NCBI GenBank assembly: GCA_025450855.1
Contig: JANWLL010000075.1
Location: 609-64,608 of the forward strand
Length of the DNA: 64,000 bases
Direction of reading: 5' to 3'
Source: Candidatus Eremiobacteria bacterium
GTDB lineage: Bacteria > Vulcanimicrobiota > Vulcanimicrobiia > Eremiobacterales > Eremiobacteraceae
Positions 17,252-25,190 of this stretch are shown here, one piece after another. Made by a program: the position numbers and the translations under genes. Numbering within the stretch: the stretch's first letter is position 1; every line of letters starts with the position of its first letter. The notes below the pieces were generated by a model, which ran no database searches, had not been told where the DNA came from, and saw only the letters and a program-made list of their open reading frames with translations.

Positions 17252-19870
17252 CTAGAACTTGACGGAGAAGTAGAGGTTCTGCTTGTTCTGCACCCAGTTC
17301 CACGTCGGCGCGTCGTCGTCGTGGTATTCGTACCGGTTGAAGAACAGGTTGACCGACGCGTTCGTGTTCGGGATGTTGTACAGCACGCCGCCCGTCAGCT
17401 GGAGCTTGCGCTGGCTGATGCTTTGCGTCAGCGTGTTGAGCGCCTCGCCGGTATAGCGCTGCTCGTAGTAGTCGAGGTTCGCCGTCAGCGCCGCGGTGAC
17501 GGGCAGCGCGAGCTGCGCGTGGCCGACCGTGTGCTTGACGTCGACGAAGTTCGGATAGAACAGGATCTGCTGTCCGGTGCCCGTCAGCTCCGCGCTTGCT
17601 ACCGGGTTGTACGACGCGACGTTGAGCGCCGGATCAGCCGCGTAGACGAACGGCGTCGAGTCGTTCCGTTCGAGGCGCTCGAACAGGCCTTGGAGCGTCA
17701 CGGTCGCCGTGCGGTCGAAGATCGGCAGGCCGAGCGTGACACCCGCGCCGAGCTGATCGTACTTCGCCCTGACCGACGAAGCGAACTGCGGTCCGAAGAT
17801 GTCGGTCGCGAGCGAATTCGGCCGGATCTCGCGCAGCGACTGGCCGCCGAGGTTCAGCTTCGCGCTGATGTTGCCGAGCGTCAGCGGGAAGTTGAGCGTC
17901 ACCGCGGCGCCGGTCGTGTTCGGCGTGAACGAACTATAATAGTACGGTCCCTGCGCCTTGAACTGGTTGAAGAGCGGGAACGCGAACGAACCGAACGGGA
18001 AGCTCGTGTTCGACGAGAGGAACGGACCGGCGAAGCCGGCCGCCGCCGCCGCGCGATCGACTTCCGCGTTGAGCGCCAGATCGTTGCCGATGCCGTACGG
18101 CGACGGCAAGTACGGGAAGTTGTAGAAGCTGAAGATCGCCGGTGCTTGCCCCGAATACTGGAACTGCGCTCCGTCGATCCAGTTCGGTCCGACGTTCTGG
18201 AAGACGATCGTCTGATCGCCGCCGAGGATCTTGAACTTGAGGCCTATGACGCCCGCCGTGTCGCTCTGCGCCGGAGTGTGCAAGTAGTCGCCGGTGTACT
18301 TGCTCGACGACACCTCGCCGAAGATCGCCGGCGTCTGCACCGGACCGATCGCGTAGGCTATCGGCAGGACGAAGTCGAGCCCGAAGACCGTGTCGCTGAC
18401 GAGGCCGACGTTCGGCGTGCCGGGGAACGACGTGAAAAGCACATTGTCGTTCGGGATGTCGAAGATGCGGTTGAACGACAGTCCGAGCGTCGCGGCGCCG
18501 TTGCCGATGCCCGGGACGTGGTAGACCGCTCGGCCGCCGACGTCGTAGCGCTGCGGCAGCGTGTTGTTGCTCGTGCTATATCCTTGATACGTCAGCCCGA
18601 CTTGCGAACCGGCCGGTAAAGGCGTCGAGAAGATGACCTCGTTCACCGTCTGCACGTACGTGAAGGGCGGCTGGCCTTGGTTCGGTCCGGTGAAGGTGCA
18701 GCCCGTCGGGCAGCCCGGTCCGAGCAGGAACGAGATGTAGATCGTTCCAGGCTGCGCGAGCAACGAGAGATAGACGTTCGTGATGAGCTGCTGGCTCGGG
18801 CCGCCGTTCGGGAACGTATCGGTCGTCTGGGCCGAGCTGTACGTGCTCGTCGACTGCTGCGGATAGTACGGTGACAGATAGCCGACCGCACCGTAGCCGT
18901 CGTTCGGCGGGAACGCGCCGGTGTTGATCAGCACCGGATCGATGCGGAAACCGTAACCTTGGAAATCGAGCCACTTGAACGCCGTGCCCTGGATGGCGAC
19001 GCCCATCGGATACGGGCGGAACGGGTCTTTGAAGCCGATCCGGAAGTCGTCCGGCGGGCTATAGGTCAGGCCCGTGAGCGAACCGCGCAAGTTGTTGAGC
19101 ATGCCGATGCGCATCTCCAACCCCTTGAGGTTCGTGATATCCGGAGCCGTGAGATCGAGCGTCGGGTTGATGCCGACGCCTGTCTGCTGCTGGCGATAGC
19201 CGCCGAACGAGTAATCCCACACTTTGACCGGCAGCGACACGATGAGGTTCGGCGTCACCGCATACTGCGCGGTGAACTCCCAGTTCTCGCGCGGCAGCAA
19301 TAACCCGGGGCTGTCTCTGCCGTAGTACGGATCGTTCGTGACGTCGGTCTCGATGAACGCGTCGGTGAACTTGAAGACGGCGTCGTTCGCCGCGATCGTA
19401 TGTCCGTCGACGAGCATCGGCGAAGTCGTGCGCTCGCGCTCGGAGAACTGCGACGAAAGCGTGCCGTGGACGGAGAAGCGCTGGGCGAACTGCGTCGATT
19501 TGTCGATCGTGTTCAACCGGTCTTCGACCGTCGATACCCGGACGCCGAGCGAGTCGAGCTCGTCTTTGTAGGCGTCCATGAGCTTTTGGAGTTTCGCCAT
19601 GTCCGAGGCGGACGCGCCGTTCGCTTGGACGTACGACACGGCGCGCGCGACGATCGCGGCGACCTCGTAGCGAGTCATGTCCTTGCTGCCGTCGAACTTG
19701 CCTTGCGGGTAGCCTTGGATGATGCCGTCGGCGGCGAGCGCGCGGATGTAGTCGATCGCCCAATGGGTGCGAGGAACGTCCGAAAATGGCGACGCGGCCG
19801 ACGTGGACGGCGACGCGAACAGTACCAAGGCCGCCAGCGCGCACGCAGCGAGGCCGGCACTCGTCTTCAA
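17252..19870 (-). CDS. SLH-domain outer-membrane beta-barrel protein (OmpM/Slp-like tether-porin)
   Basis: Signal peptide, then the SLH domain FSDVPRTHWAIDYIRALAADGIIQGYPQGKFDGSKDMTRYEVAAIVARAV, a coiled-coil linker, a long Gly/Tyr/Asn-rich barrel and the C-terminal OMP signature YFSVKF. TTG start at 19870 with GGGAGGA RBS. Confidence 0.85.
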   Translation of the reverse strand: MKTSAGLAACALAALVLFASPSTSAASPFSDVPRTHWAIDYIRALAADGIIQGYPQGKFDGSKDMTRYEVAAIVARAVSYVQANGASASDMAKLQKLMDAYKDELDSLGVRVSTVEDRLNTIDKSTQFAQRFSVHGTLSSQFSERERTTSPMLVDGHTIAANDAVFKFTDAFIETDVTNDPYYGRDSPGLLLPRENWEFTAQYAVTPNLIVSLPVKVWDYSFGGYRQQQTGVGINPTLDLTAPDITNLKGLEMRIGMLNNLRGSLTGLTYSPPDDFRIGFKDPFRPYPMGVAIQGTAFKWLDFQGYGFRIDPVLINTGAFPPNDGYGAVGYLSPYYPQQSTSTYSSAQTTDTFPNGGPSQQLITNVYLSLLAQPGTIYISFLLGPGCPTGCTFTGPNQGQPPFTYVQTVNEVIFSTPLPAGSQVGLTYQGYSTSNNTLPQRYDVGGRAVYHVPGIGNGAATLGLSFNRIFDIPNDNVLFTSFPGTPNVGLVSDTVFGLDFVLPIAYAIGPVQTPAIFGEVSSSKYTGDYLHTPAQSDTAGVIGLKFKILGGDQTIVFQNVGPNWIDGAQFQYSGQAPAIFSFYNFPYLPSPYGIGNDLALNAEVDRAAAAAGFAGPFLSSNTSFPFGSFAFPLFNQFKAQGPYYYSSFTPNTTGAAVTLNFPLTLGNISAKLNLGGQSLREIRPNSLATDIFGPQFASSVRAKYDQLGAGVTLGLPIFDRTATVTLQGLFERLERNDSTPFVYAADPALNVASYNPVASAELTGTGQQILFYPNFVDVKHTVGHAQLALPVTAALTANLDYYEQRYTGEALNTLTQSISQRKLQLTGGVLYNIPNTNASVNLFFNRYEYHDDDAPTWNWVQNKQNLYFSVKF

Positions 19871-20047
19871 AGCGGTCCTCCCAAGTCGGAGGCGTATTCA
19901 TATGGATCTCGAGCGCCCCCGGCTAGACCGCAGAACTCCACGTTTCCTGACGGCACCGGCTGTCCCGACATCCATTCTTTACCCGGCCGAAGCGGAACAA
20001 AGACATTCCGCCGGGTGAACGCCTCGGGGTCTGTTTTGGCCCGGTTT

Positions 20048-20509
20048 TCAACCCTTTCCTGCCCTTGGATGATCGGTGTCCCGCAAGTCTTTCTCGGCCT
20101 GGAATCGGCTCACGATGAGCAGCGCCGCGTAGGCATCGAGGGGTTCGTCCGGCACGAGCAGCCCTCGCGGAACGAAACGCCACAGGCCTCTAGGCGGATG
20201 GTCGAAGTAGTAGAGCCGGCGCGCCTCGAGCGTCGTGTTCGTCTCGTCCACGACGCGCCTCGGGATGTTTGGCCAGCGGCTCGCGCACACGGCGACGATG
20301 GAATCCGATCCGGTCGCATGGCCGATGCAGATCGCGCGGACGTCCGACGCCCGCACTTCCGCATCGAGGCGATCGGCTATCTCCGGCGTCGGCACGACGG
20401 CGAGCGATTTGCGCGATCCGTCGTCGTAGACGACGGCGAGGCCGCATTTCGAGCGGCCCGGATCGACGCCGATGATGACGGTGCGGCGGCTCGAAGGGCC
20501 GTCGGTCAT
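20048..20509 (-). CDS. YqgF/RuvX-like RNase H-fold nuclease
   Basis: TVIIGVDPGRSKCGLAVV, ICIGHATGSDS and VVDETNTTLEAR match the YqgF pattern (GxDxG...G..., DE.xTT..A). Start trimmed to ATG 20509, which overlaps the upstream stop (ATGA). The rest of the 469-aa track ORF is read-through. Confidence 0.65.
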   Translation of the reverse strand: MTDGPSSRRTVIIGVDPGRSKCGLAVVYDDGSRKSLAVVPTPEIADRLDAEVRASDVRAICIGHATGSDSIVAVCASRWPNIPRRVVDETNTTLEARRLYYFDHPPRGLWRFVPRGLLVPDEPLDAYAALLIVSRFQAEKDLRDTDHPRAGKG

Positions 20510-21441
20510 CGCCCGATCGGCGAAACGACGAGCATCGTGACGAGTGGGCCGTGCGCGTAGATATCGTACGGTGCCACAGCCTTGATGAGCGCGGGCCCGC
20601 CGATCGACGTCAATTGCTGCAGGCTCGCCGCCGACTCTTGCTCGGTCGTCGTCAAGTTGTCGGCGATCATGTTCGGCATGCCGTGATCTTCGGCGTTGCG
20701 CTGCAAGCTCGTCTCGAGCTGGATGAGCGCGGCTTGGTCTTTGCCGGTGTCCTTGCCGTCCGAAACGGCAACCGATCCCATGGGCTCGCCCTTGCGATAG
20801 ATGAGCTCGTCCTTGAACACCGCGAACGAGATGCTCATCGCCGTGTCGCGGAAGATGTTCTGGCCTGCGACCGGCACGACGATCGCGGGCGTCGGATTGA
20901 GCGCCTTGATGCCGGCCGCGGCACGCGAGATCGAGGTCTTGACCTCCGGGCTCAAGGGATTTTTCGGATATGGCCGCACACCGGGCACCGAACGATAGAG
21001 GTTCGCGACATCGACGAACAGCGCCGACAGCTGCCCTTCGATGCCCGCCTGCGTCCCCGACGAGCTGATGATGACCGGCTGCGTCAGCGGCTGACCGGAG
21101 AAATAGATGACCGGGTCCTGCAGCTCGCGATCGCGCTCGCGCGTGAGCGCAGCGATCTGATCGTTCAGCTTGTTCAGCGAGAAGAGCGCGAGCCGCGCGT
21201 CGTACGAGATCGATAGCCCGACTGCGATGACCGCCATCGCGATGAGCATGCCGAAACCGACCGCGAAGATGGTGCTCGTGTATTTCGGCCGCAGCCCGAA
21301 GATCGTCATGCGGCGGCGCCCGACGAGATGGCCGACGCGATCGCCGATGTACGCGATCGCCCCTGCGACGATGACGCTCGCGAGGATGATGAGTATCGGG
21401 CCCCACGCGATCTCCGCGAACGTGGCGGCGATCGCGATCAT
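20506..21441 (-). CDS. Membrane-anchored coiled-coil protein, DUF3084-like
   Basis: Two N-terminal TM helices (ILIILASVIVAGAIAYIGDRVGH...TIFAVGFGMLIAMAVIAVGL), then the coiled coil LNKLNDQIAALTRERDRELQ. The family assignment is from memory of cyanobacterial DUF3084 proteins and is unverified. Confidence 0.5.
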   Translation of the reverse strand: MIAIAATFAEIAWGPILIILASVIVAGAIAYIGDRVGHLVGRRRMTIFGLRPKYTSTIFAVGFGMLIAMAVIAVGLSISYDARLALFSLNKLNDQIAALTRERDRELQDPVIYFSGQPLTQPVIISSSGTQAGIEGQLSALFVDVANLYRSVPGVRPYPKNPLSPEVKTSISRAAAGIKALNPTPAIVVPVAGQNIFRDTAMSISFAVFKDELIYRKGEPMGSVAVSDGKDTGKDQAALIQLETSLQRNAEDHGMPNMIADNLTTTEQESAASLQQLTSIGGPALIKAVAPYDIYAHGPLVTMLVVSPIGR

Positions 21442-22523
21442 ACCTTCGCCGCCTCACGGACGAACCAGATCGCGGTCGCTCCGAAGGCGACGTTCGGCAG
21501 CCAGGCCATGATGAGGCTCACGTTCGGGTTCGAGCGTCCGACCGCCAGACACACGGTGCTGACGACGTAGTACGCGAAAACGATGAGGATGCTGATGCCG
21601 AAGCCCGCGCCGGACGACGAGCGCTGCGGCCTGATGCCGAGCGGCATGGCGAGCATCGTGAAGACGAGCGCGGCGAACGGCCGAGCGAGCTTGCTGTCGA
21701 ACGTCACTTGGAGCAGCGCGTAGCGCGAGCGATCGGATTCCTTGACGCCGCTTTCCATGAGCTTGTAGATCTCTGCGCGGCTCATGTCCTCAGGCGATTT
21801 CGTCTGTTCGACGATCTGGCTCGGATCGGCGCCGATATCGATCTCGAGCATCGGATAGTTGCTCACTTTGCAGCACGGCTGCTGGAGGCCGAAGAGAACG
21901 GCGTCGCGGAATTGCCAGCGATCGCCTGAGTACGTCGCGCGCGGGGCGTAGAGCATCGATATCGGATAGCCCGCGTGGAAGACCTCGACGGTCGTCCCCT
22001 CGAGCTCGTTCGTCGCCGGGTCGAAGCCTTGCGCGAACGTCACTTGTTGGTCTCCGTTCGGGAGGAGCGTGCTGACCGTTTGATTGGCCAGCGCTCCCGT
22101 CCCTCCGGATTGGATCTCGTTACGCAGTATATCGGCTGCGCGCGCGCTCGCGTACGGCACGACGAATTCCTGGAACGAGAACCCGACGATCGATGCGAGC
22201 AGACCGACCGCGAAGAGCGGCGCGGCGATGCGGTACAGACTGACACCGCCCGCGCGGATGGCGGTGAGCTCCGATTCGCCGGATATGCGGCTCATCGCGA
22301 GCAGGACCGCGAGAAGCATCGACATGGGGAACGTCAGGACGAGCGTCGCGGGAAGCGTGTAGATGAAATATTTCGCGGCGGAGATCACGCTCGCGTGCTC
22401 TTCGGAGACGAGACGAGCGATGTTGAGCAGGTTTCCCGCGACGAAGAGCAGCGTGAACGCCGCGAGTCCGAAGACGAACGGTCCGACCAGCTCCTTGAGC
22501 ATGTACCGGTCGAGGATCTTCAC
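21438..22523 (-). CDS. LPS export ABC transporter permease, LptF/LptG (YjgP/YjgQ) family
   Basis: MKILDRYMLKELVGPFVFGLAAFTLLFVAGNL, six predicted TM segments and a central periplasmic domain. 4-nt overlaps with lptB and the downstream gene. Confidence 0.88.
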   Translation of the reverse strand: MKILDRYMLKELVGPFVFGLAAFTLLFVAGNLLNIARLVSEEHASVISAAKYFIYTLPATLVLTFPMSMLLAVLLAMSRISGESELTAIRAGGVSLYRIAAPLFAVGLLASIVGFSFQEFVVPYASARAADILRNEIQSGGTGALANQTVSTLLPNGDQQVTFAQGFDPATNELEGTTVEVFHAGYPISMLYAPRATYSGDRWQFRDAVLFGLQQPCCKVSNYPMLEIDIGADPSQIVEQTKSPEDMSRAEIYKLMESGVKESDRSRYALLQVTFDSKLARPFAALVFTMLAMPLGIRPQRSSSGAGFGISILIVFAYYVVSTVCLAVGRSNPNVSLIMAWLPNVAFGATAIWFVREAAKV

Positions 22524-23275
22524 AACCGGAAGCTCTCTCCGAGGTAGAACTTGCGGGCGACCGGCGATTCCGCGACTTCGGTCGCGTTGCCCGCGACCTC
22601 GATCCGGCCGCGGTTGAGGATGTACGCGCGATCGACGATCGCGAGCGTCTCGCGGACGGAGTGGTCGGTGATGAGGACGCCAAGACCCTTGGCCTTCAAT
22701 AGTCTGATGATCTCTTGGATGTCGGCGACCGCGATCGGGTCGATGCCGGTGAACGGCTCGTCGAGGAGCAGAAAGGCCGGGTCGGTCGCGATCGCACGCG
22801 CGATCTCGACGCGGCGCCGTTCTCCGCCGGACAGCGTCTCGGCCCGGTCGTGGGCGAGCGCGCTCAAACCGAATTCTTCGAGCAACGCCGGCAAGCGGCG
22901 GTCTTGCTCTTCGCGCGAGACGCCGCGCTGTTCCCAGATGAGGCGCAGGTTGTCGGAGACCGAAAGCCGGCGGAACACCGACGTCTCCTGCGCGAGATAG
23001 CCCAGACCTTCACGCGCACGCAAGTGCATCGGCTCGTGCGTGATGTCCGTCTCGCGGCCTTGATCGTCGACGAGGATGACTGAACCGTCATTCGGCTTCA
23101 CGAGCCCGACGACCATGTAGAACGTCGTCGTCTTGCCGGCGCCGTTCGGACCCAGCAGACCGACGACCTCACCGACGTTGACGTCGACGAAGACGTGGTC
23201 GACGACCGTGCGCGCGCCGTAGCGCTTCGTCAGCCCACGGACGTCGATCTTCGTTGGCAGACGCTTGTCGTCCAA
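22520..23275 (-). CDS. lptB: LPS export ABC transporter ATP-binding protein LptB
   Basis: GLLGPNGAGKTTTFYM, LSGGERRRVEIARA, LLLDEPFTGIDPIAVADIQ and ITDHSVRETL, with the LptB-type C-terminus ARKFYLGESFRL. Confidence 0.93.
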   Translation of the reverse strand: MDDKRLPTKIDVRGLTKRYGARTVVDHVFVDVNVGEVVGLLGPNGAGKTTTFYMVVGLVKPNDGSVILVDDQGRETDITHEPMHLRAREGLGYLAQETSVFRRLSVSDNLRLIWEQRGVSREEQDRRLPALLEEFGLSALAHDRAETLSGGERRRVEIARAIATDPAFLLLDEPFTGIDPIAVADIQEIIRLLKAKGLGVLITDHSVRETLAIVDRAYILNRGRIEVAGNATEVAESPVARKFYLGESFRL

Positions 23276-23287
23276 AGCCGCTCCTCT

Positions 23288-23860
23288 TCAGCGACGCCGG
23301 CCGATGCCGACGTGGCCTGACATGTGGATCTGTTGAAGGTCGAGGTCGGCGACCGCTTTGTCGCCGGTCAGCACATCGCCTTGAGCGTCGACCGCGCGGA
23401 CCGAACCCGTCGCCGTCAGCAGTTTCGTGTTGCCGTTGTACGACATCGTGTCGCACGTCATCGTCACGCCGGTCGCGCTCTTCGCTTTGACGCCGGTGTC
23501 GCCGTGAAGGACGAAATCGTAGGTCAGACGGTTGACGTCCGCGACTTGCGCTATCAGCGTCAGACGCACTGCGCTCCCTCTATAGAAGTAGATCGTGTCG
23601 TTGAGAAATCGGCCCTTTGCGCTCGACGTCGAATAGTAGACGTCCGTCGCCTTGAGGACGTACACCGGCTGACCTTTGAAGGTATCCTGCACCTTGACGG
23701 GAGCGCCGTTGCGTCCGCTTCCGTGGATGAAGTAATCAGCTTTTGTCGGCGTCGGGCCCGGCGTCGGGCTCTGTTTGACCTGAGTCGTCGCGTTCGGCGA
23801 GCAGCCGGTGACGGCCGCTGCAGCAACCATACCGATGACCAGCGAGATGATCGCTCGCAC
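23288..23860 (-). CDS. OstA-fold LptA/LptC-like protein, possibly a lipoprotein
   Basis: The beta-jellyroll-like C-terminal half (CDTMSYNGNTKLLTATGSVRAVDAQGDVLTGDKAVADLDLQQIHMSGHV) resembles LptA/LptC. It lies immediately upstream of lptB. The start is uncertain (GTG 23860 or ATG 23830). The track ORF to 23983 would translate the hairpin repeat. Confidence 0.55.
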   Translation of the reverse strand: MRAIISLVIGMVAAAAVTGCSPNATTQVKQSPTPGPTPTKADYFIHGSGRNGAPVKVQDTFKGQPVYVLKATDVYYSTSSAKGRFLNDTIYFYRGSAVRLTLIAQVADVNRLTYDFVLHGDTGVKAKSATGVTMTCDTMSYNGNTKLLTATGSVRAVDAQGDVLTGDKAVADLDLQQIHMSGHVGIGRRR

Positions 23861-23862
23861 TA

Positions 23863-23957
23863 TGGCCGTCAGGGTGGCCAATTCGGGGACGCGGCGGAAT
23901 TCGGGGCAGACTTTTATTCCGCCGCTCGGCTCCGTATTTTGGCCACCCTGACGGCCA
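23863..23957 (+). repeat. Nested-hairpin repeat, copy A (short form)
   Basis: Perfect 18-bp outer stem GGCCGTCAGGGTGGCCAA / TTGGCCACCCTGACGGCC. Inner perfect 10-bp stem GCGGCGGAAT / ATTCCGCCGC with the 15-nt loop TCGGGGCAGACTTTT. Homologous to 45081-45211 and 45224-45351. Confidence 0.8.
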
Positions 23958-23972
23958 AAGCGCGAGTCGGTC

Positions 23973-25190
23973 CTACGAGTCACGTGTCATTCCTAGCATT
24001 AATCCCATCATCGGCCACCACATCAAGAAAACGAATGTCGTGACCAGATCGACGCTGTTTTGGATGGCTGATGCGACGAATGACGTCGTCAAAGCTGCGA
24101 ATAGGAGACCGCGCTCACGGTCTTGAGGCAAGATACCTTTCGCGCCAGCGCGGGCGCTTCGAACGCACGCGACGATGCAAAATGTGAGGGCTGCTAGCCC
24201 GAGGACTCCGTTTTCGATCAGCACGTTGAGCGGCAGATCGTGCGCGTGTACTTCGTCGATCTGAGCGTCGGGCATCTTGTACGCCGGATATGCGATGTTG
24301 AACGCAAGCGGCCCGACGCCGGTGAGCGCGAAGCGCTCCGCCATGCGCGCGGCGCCACGCCACACGGCGATGCGCGATGCGTTCTCGCTTGGATCATGGG
24401 CGACGTTGCGCAACACGGTCAGGCCGAGTCCGAGCGCGATCACCGCCCCGATGCAATAGACGAGGAGCGTCCGCTTCCCGAATCGTCGCGCGAGGATCGG
24501 CAGCGCGAGAAGCAAGCCGAGGATCGCGGCGCGCGACGCGGACATCGCGATCGCGACCGTTCCGATCGCGGCCGCTGCGATGCCGAGCCGCTTGAGCCAC
24601 GGCGTCGACGCGAATTGCGCGACGCCGATCGGGATCAAGAAGAGCAGATAGCCTGCGAATTCGTTGGGCTGCAGGAACGTTCCGGCTGCGCGACCATGCT
24701 CGTACGCGAAGGCCGCGGGCGGATGACGCGTGAGCGTCAGAGCGATCGCGAACGCACACGCGACGATGCCTGATGTGAAGAAGAGCGAGAGAAACACGCG
24801 ACGCACCCGCTCATCGCGCAATGCTATCCAAAGCACGCAAAAGCCGAGCGCGTCGCCGATCTCGCAGACGATCTCGAAAACGCCGGCGTGCCACGACAAG
24901 CCCGCAGCGGCGGCGACGATTCCCGTTGCGATGAGCCCGAAAAGCCCCCAGAGCACCGGCATGCGGATCAGCTCGCGCCAACCCGGTGCGCCGACACTCC
25001 CAAAGATTCCGAGGGCGCAGAGCACGATGACGACGACCGCGAGCGCCGAGGCGAACCATTCGCCTACGACCGCGACGCCGCGCGGCAAGACGTCGGCGAG
25101 CTCGATGAGCAACGGGAAGAGCGGGAGCAGCAGCGCGTAGCCGTACGGCAGAGCGAGCGATAACGTCGAGACCGCGCGAGGCTGCGTCAT
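23973..25190 (-). CDS. O-antigen ligase / Wzy_C-family polytopic membrane protein
   Basis: About 10-12 TM segments and the motif region AMSASRAAILGLLLALPIL. The ATG overlaps the upstream stop (ATGA). Confidence 0.7.
   Translation of the reverse strand: MTQPRAVSTLSLALPYGYALLLPLFPLLIELADVLPRGVAVVGEWFASALAVVVIVLCALGIFGSVGAPGWRELIRMPVLWGLFGLIATGIVAAAAGLSWHAGVFEIVCEIGDALGFCVLWIALRDERVRRVFLSLFFTSGIVACAFAIALTLTRHPPAAFAYEHGRAAGTFLQPNEFAGYLLFLIPIGVAQFASTPWLKRLGIAAAAIGTVAIAMSASRAAILGLLLALPILARRFGKRTLLVYCIGAVIALGLGLTVLRNVAHDPSENASRIAVWRGAARMAERFALTGVGPLAFNIAYPAYKMPDAQIDEVHAHDLPLNVLIENGVLGLAALTFCIVACVRSARAGAKGILPQDRERGLLFAALTTSFVASAIQNSVDLVTTFVFLMWWPMMGLMLGMTRDS

Noticed and set aside
17297-17310. Additional parS candidates sharing the half-site GTTCCAC (17297, 57323) or TTTCAC (about 52805)
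   Set aside because: Only one half matches. The second half is not palindromic (GTCGGCG, GCGCACA, GTCCACG), and all lie inside coding sequence.
19981-20045. Possible degenerate fourth copy of the nested-hairpin repeat (GCGGAA...TTCCGCC stem and TCGGGGTCTGTTTT)
   Set aside because: The similarity is limited to short strings, there is no long outer stem, and the order of elements differs from copies A-C. It is probably just a weak hairpin after the YqgF-like gene.
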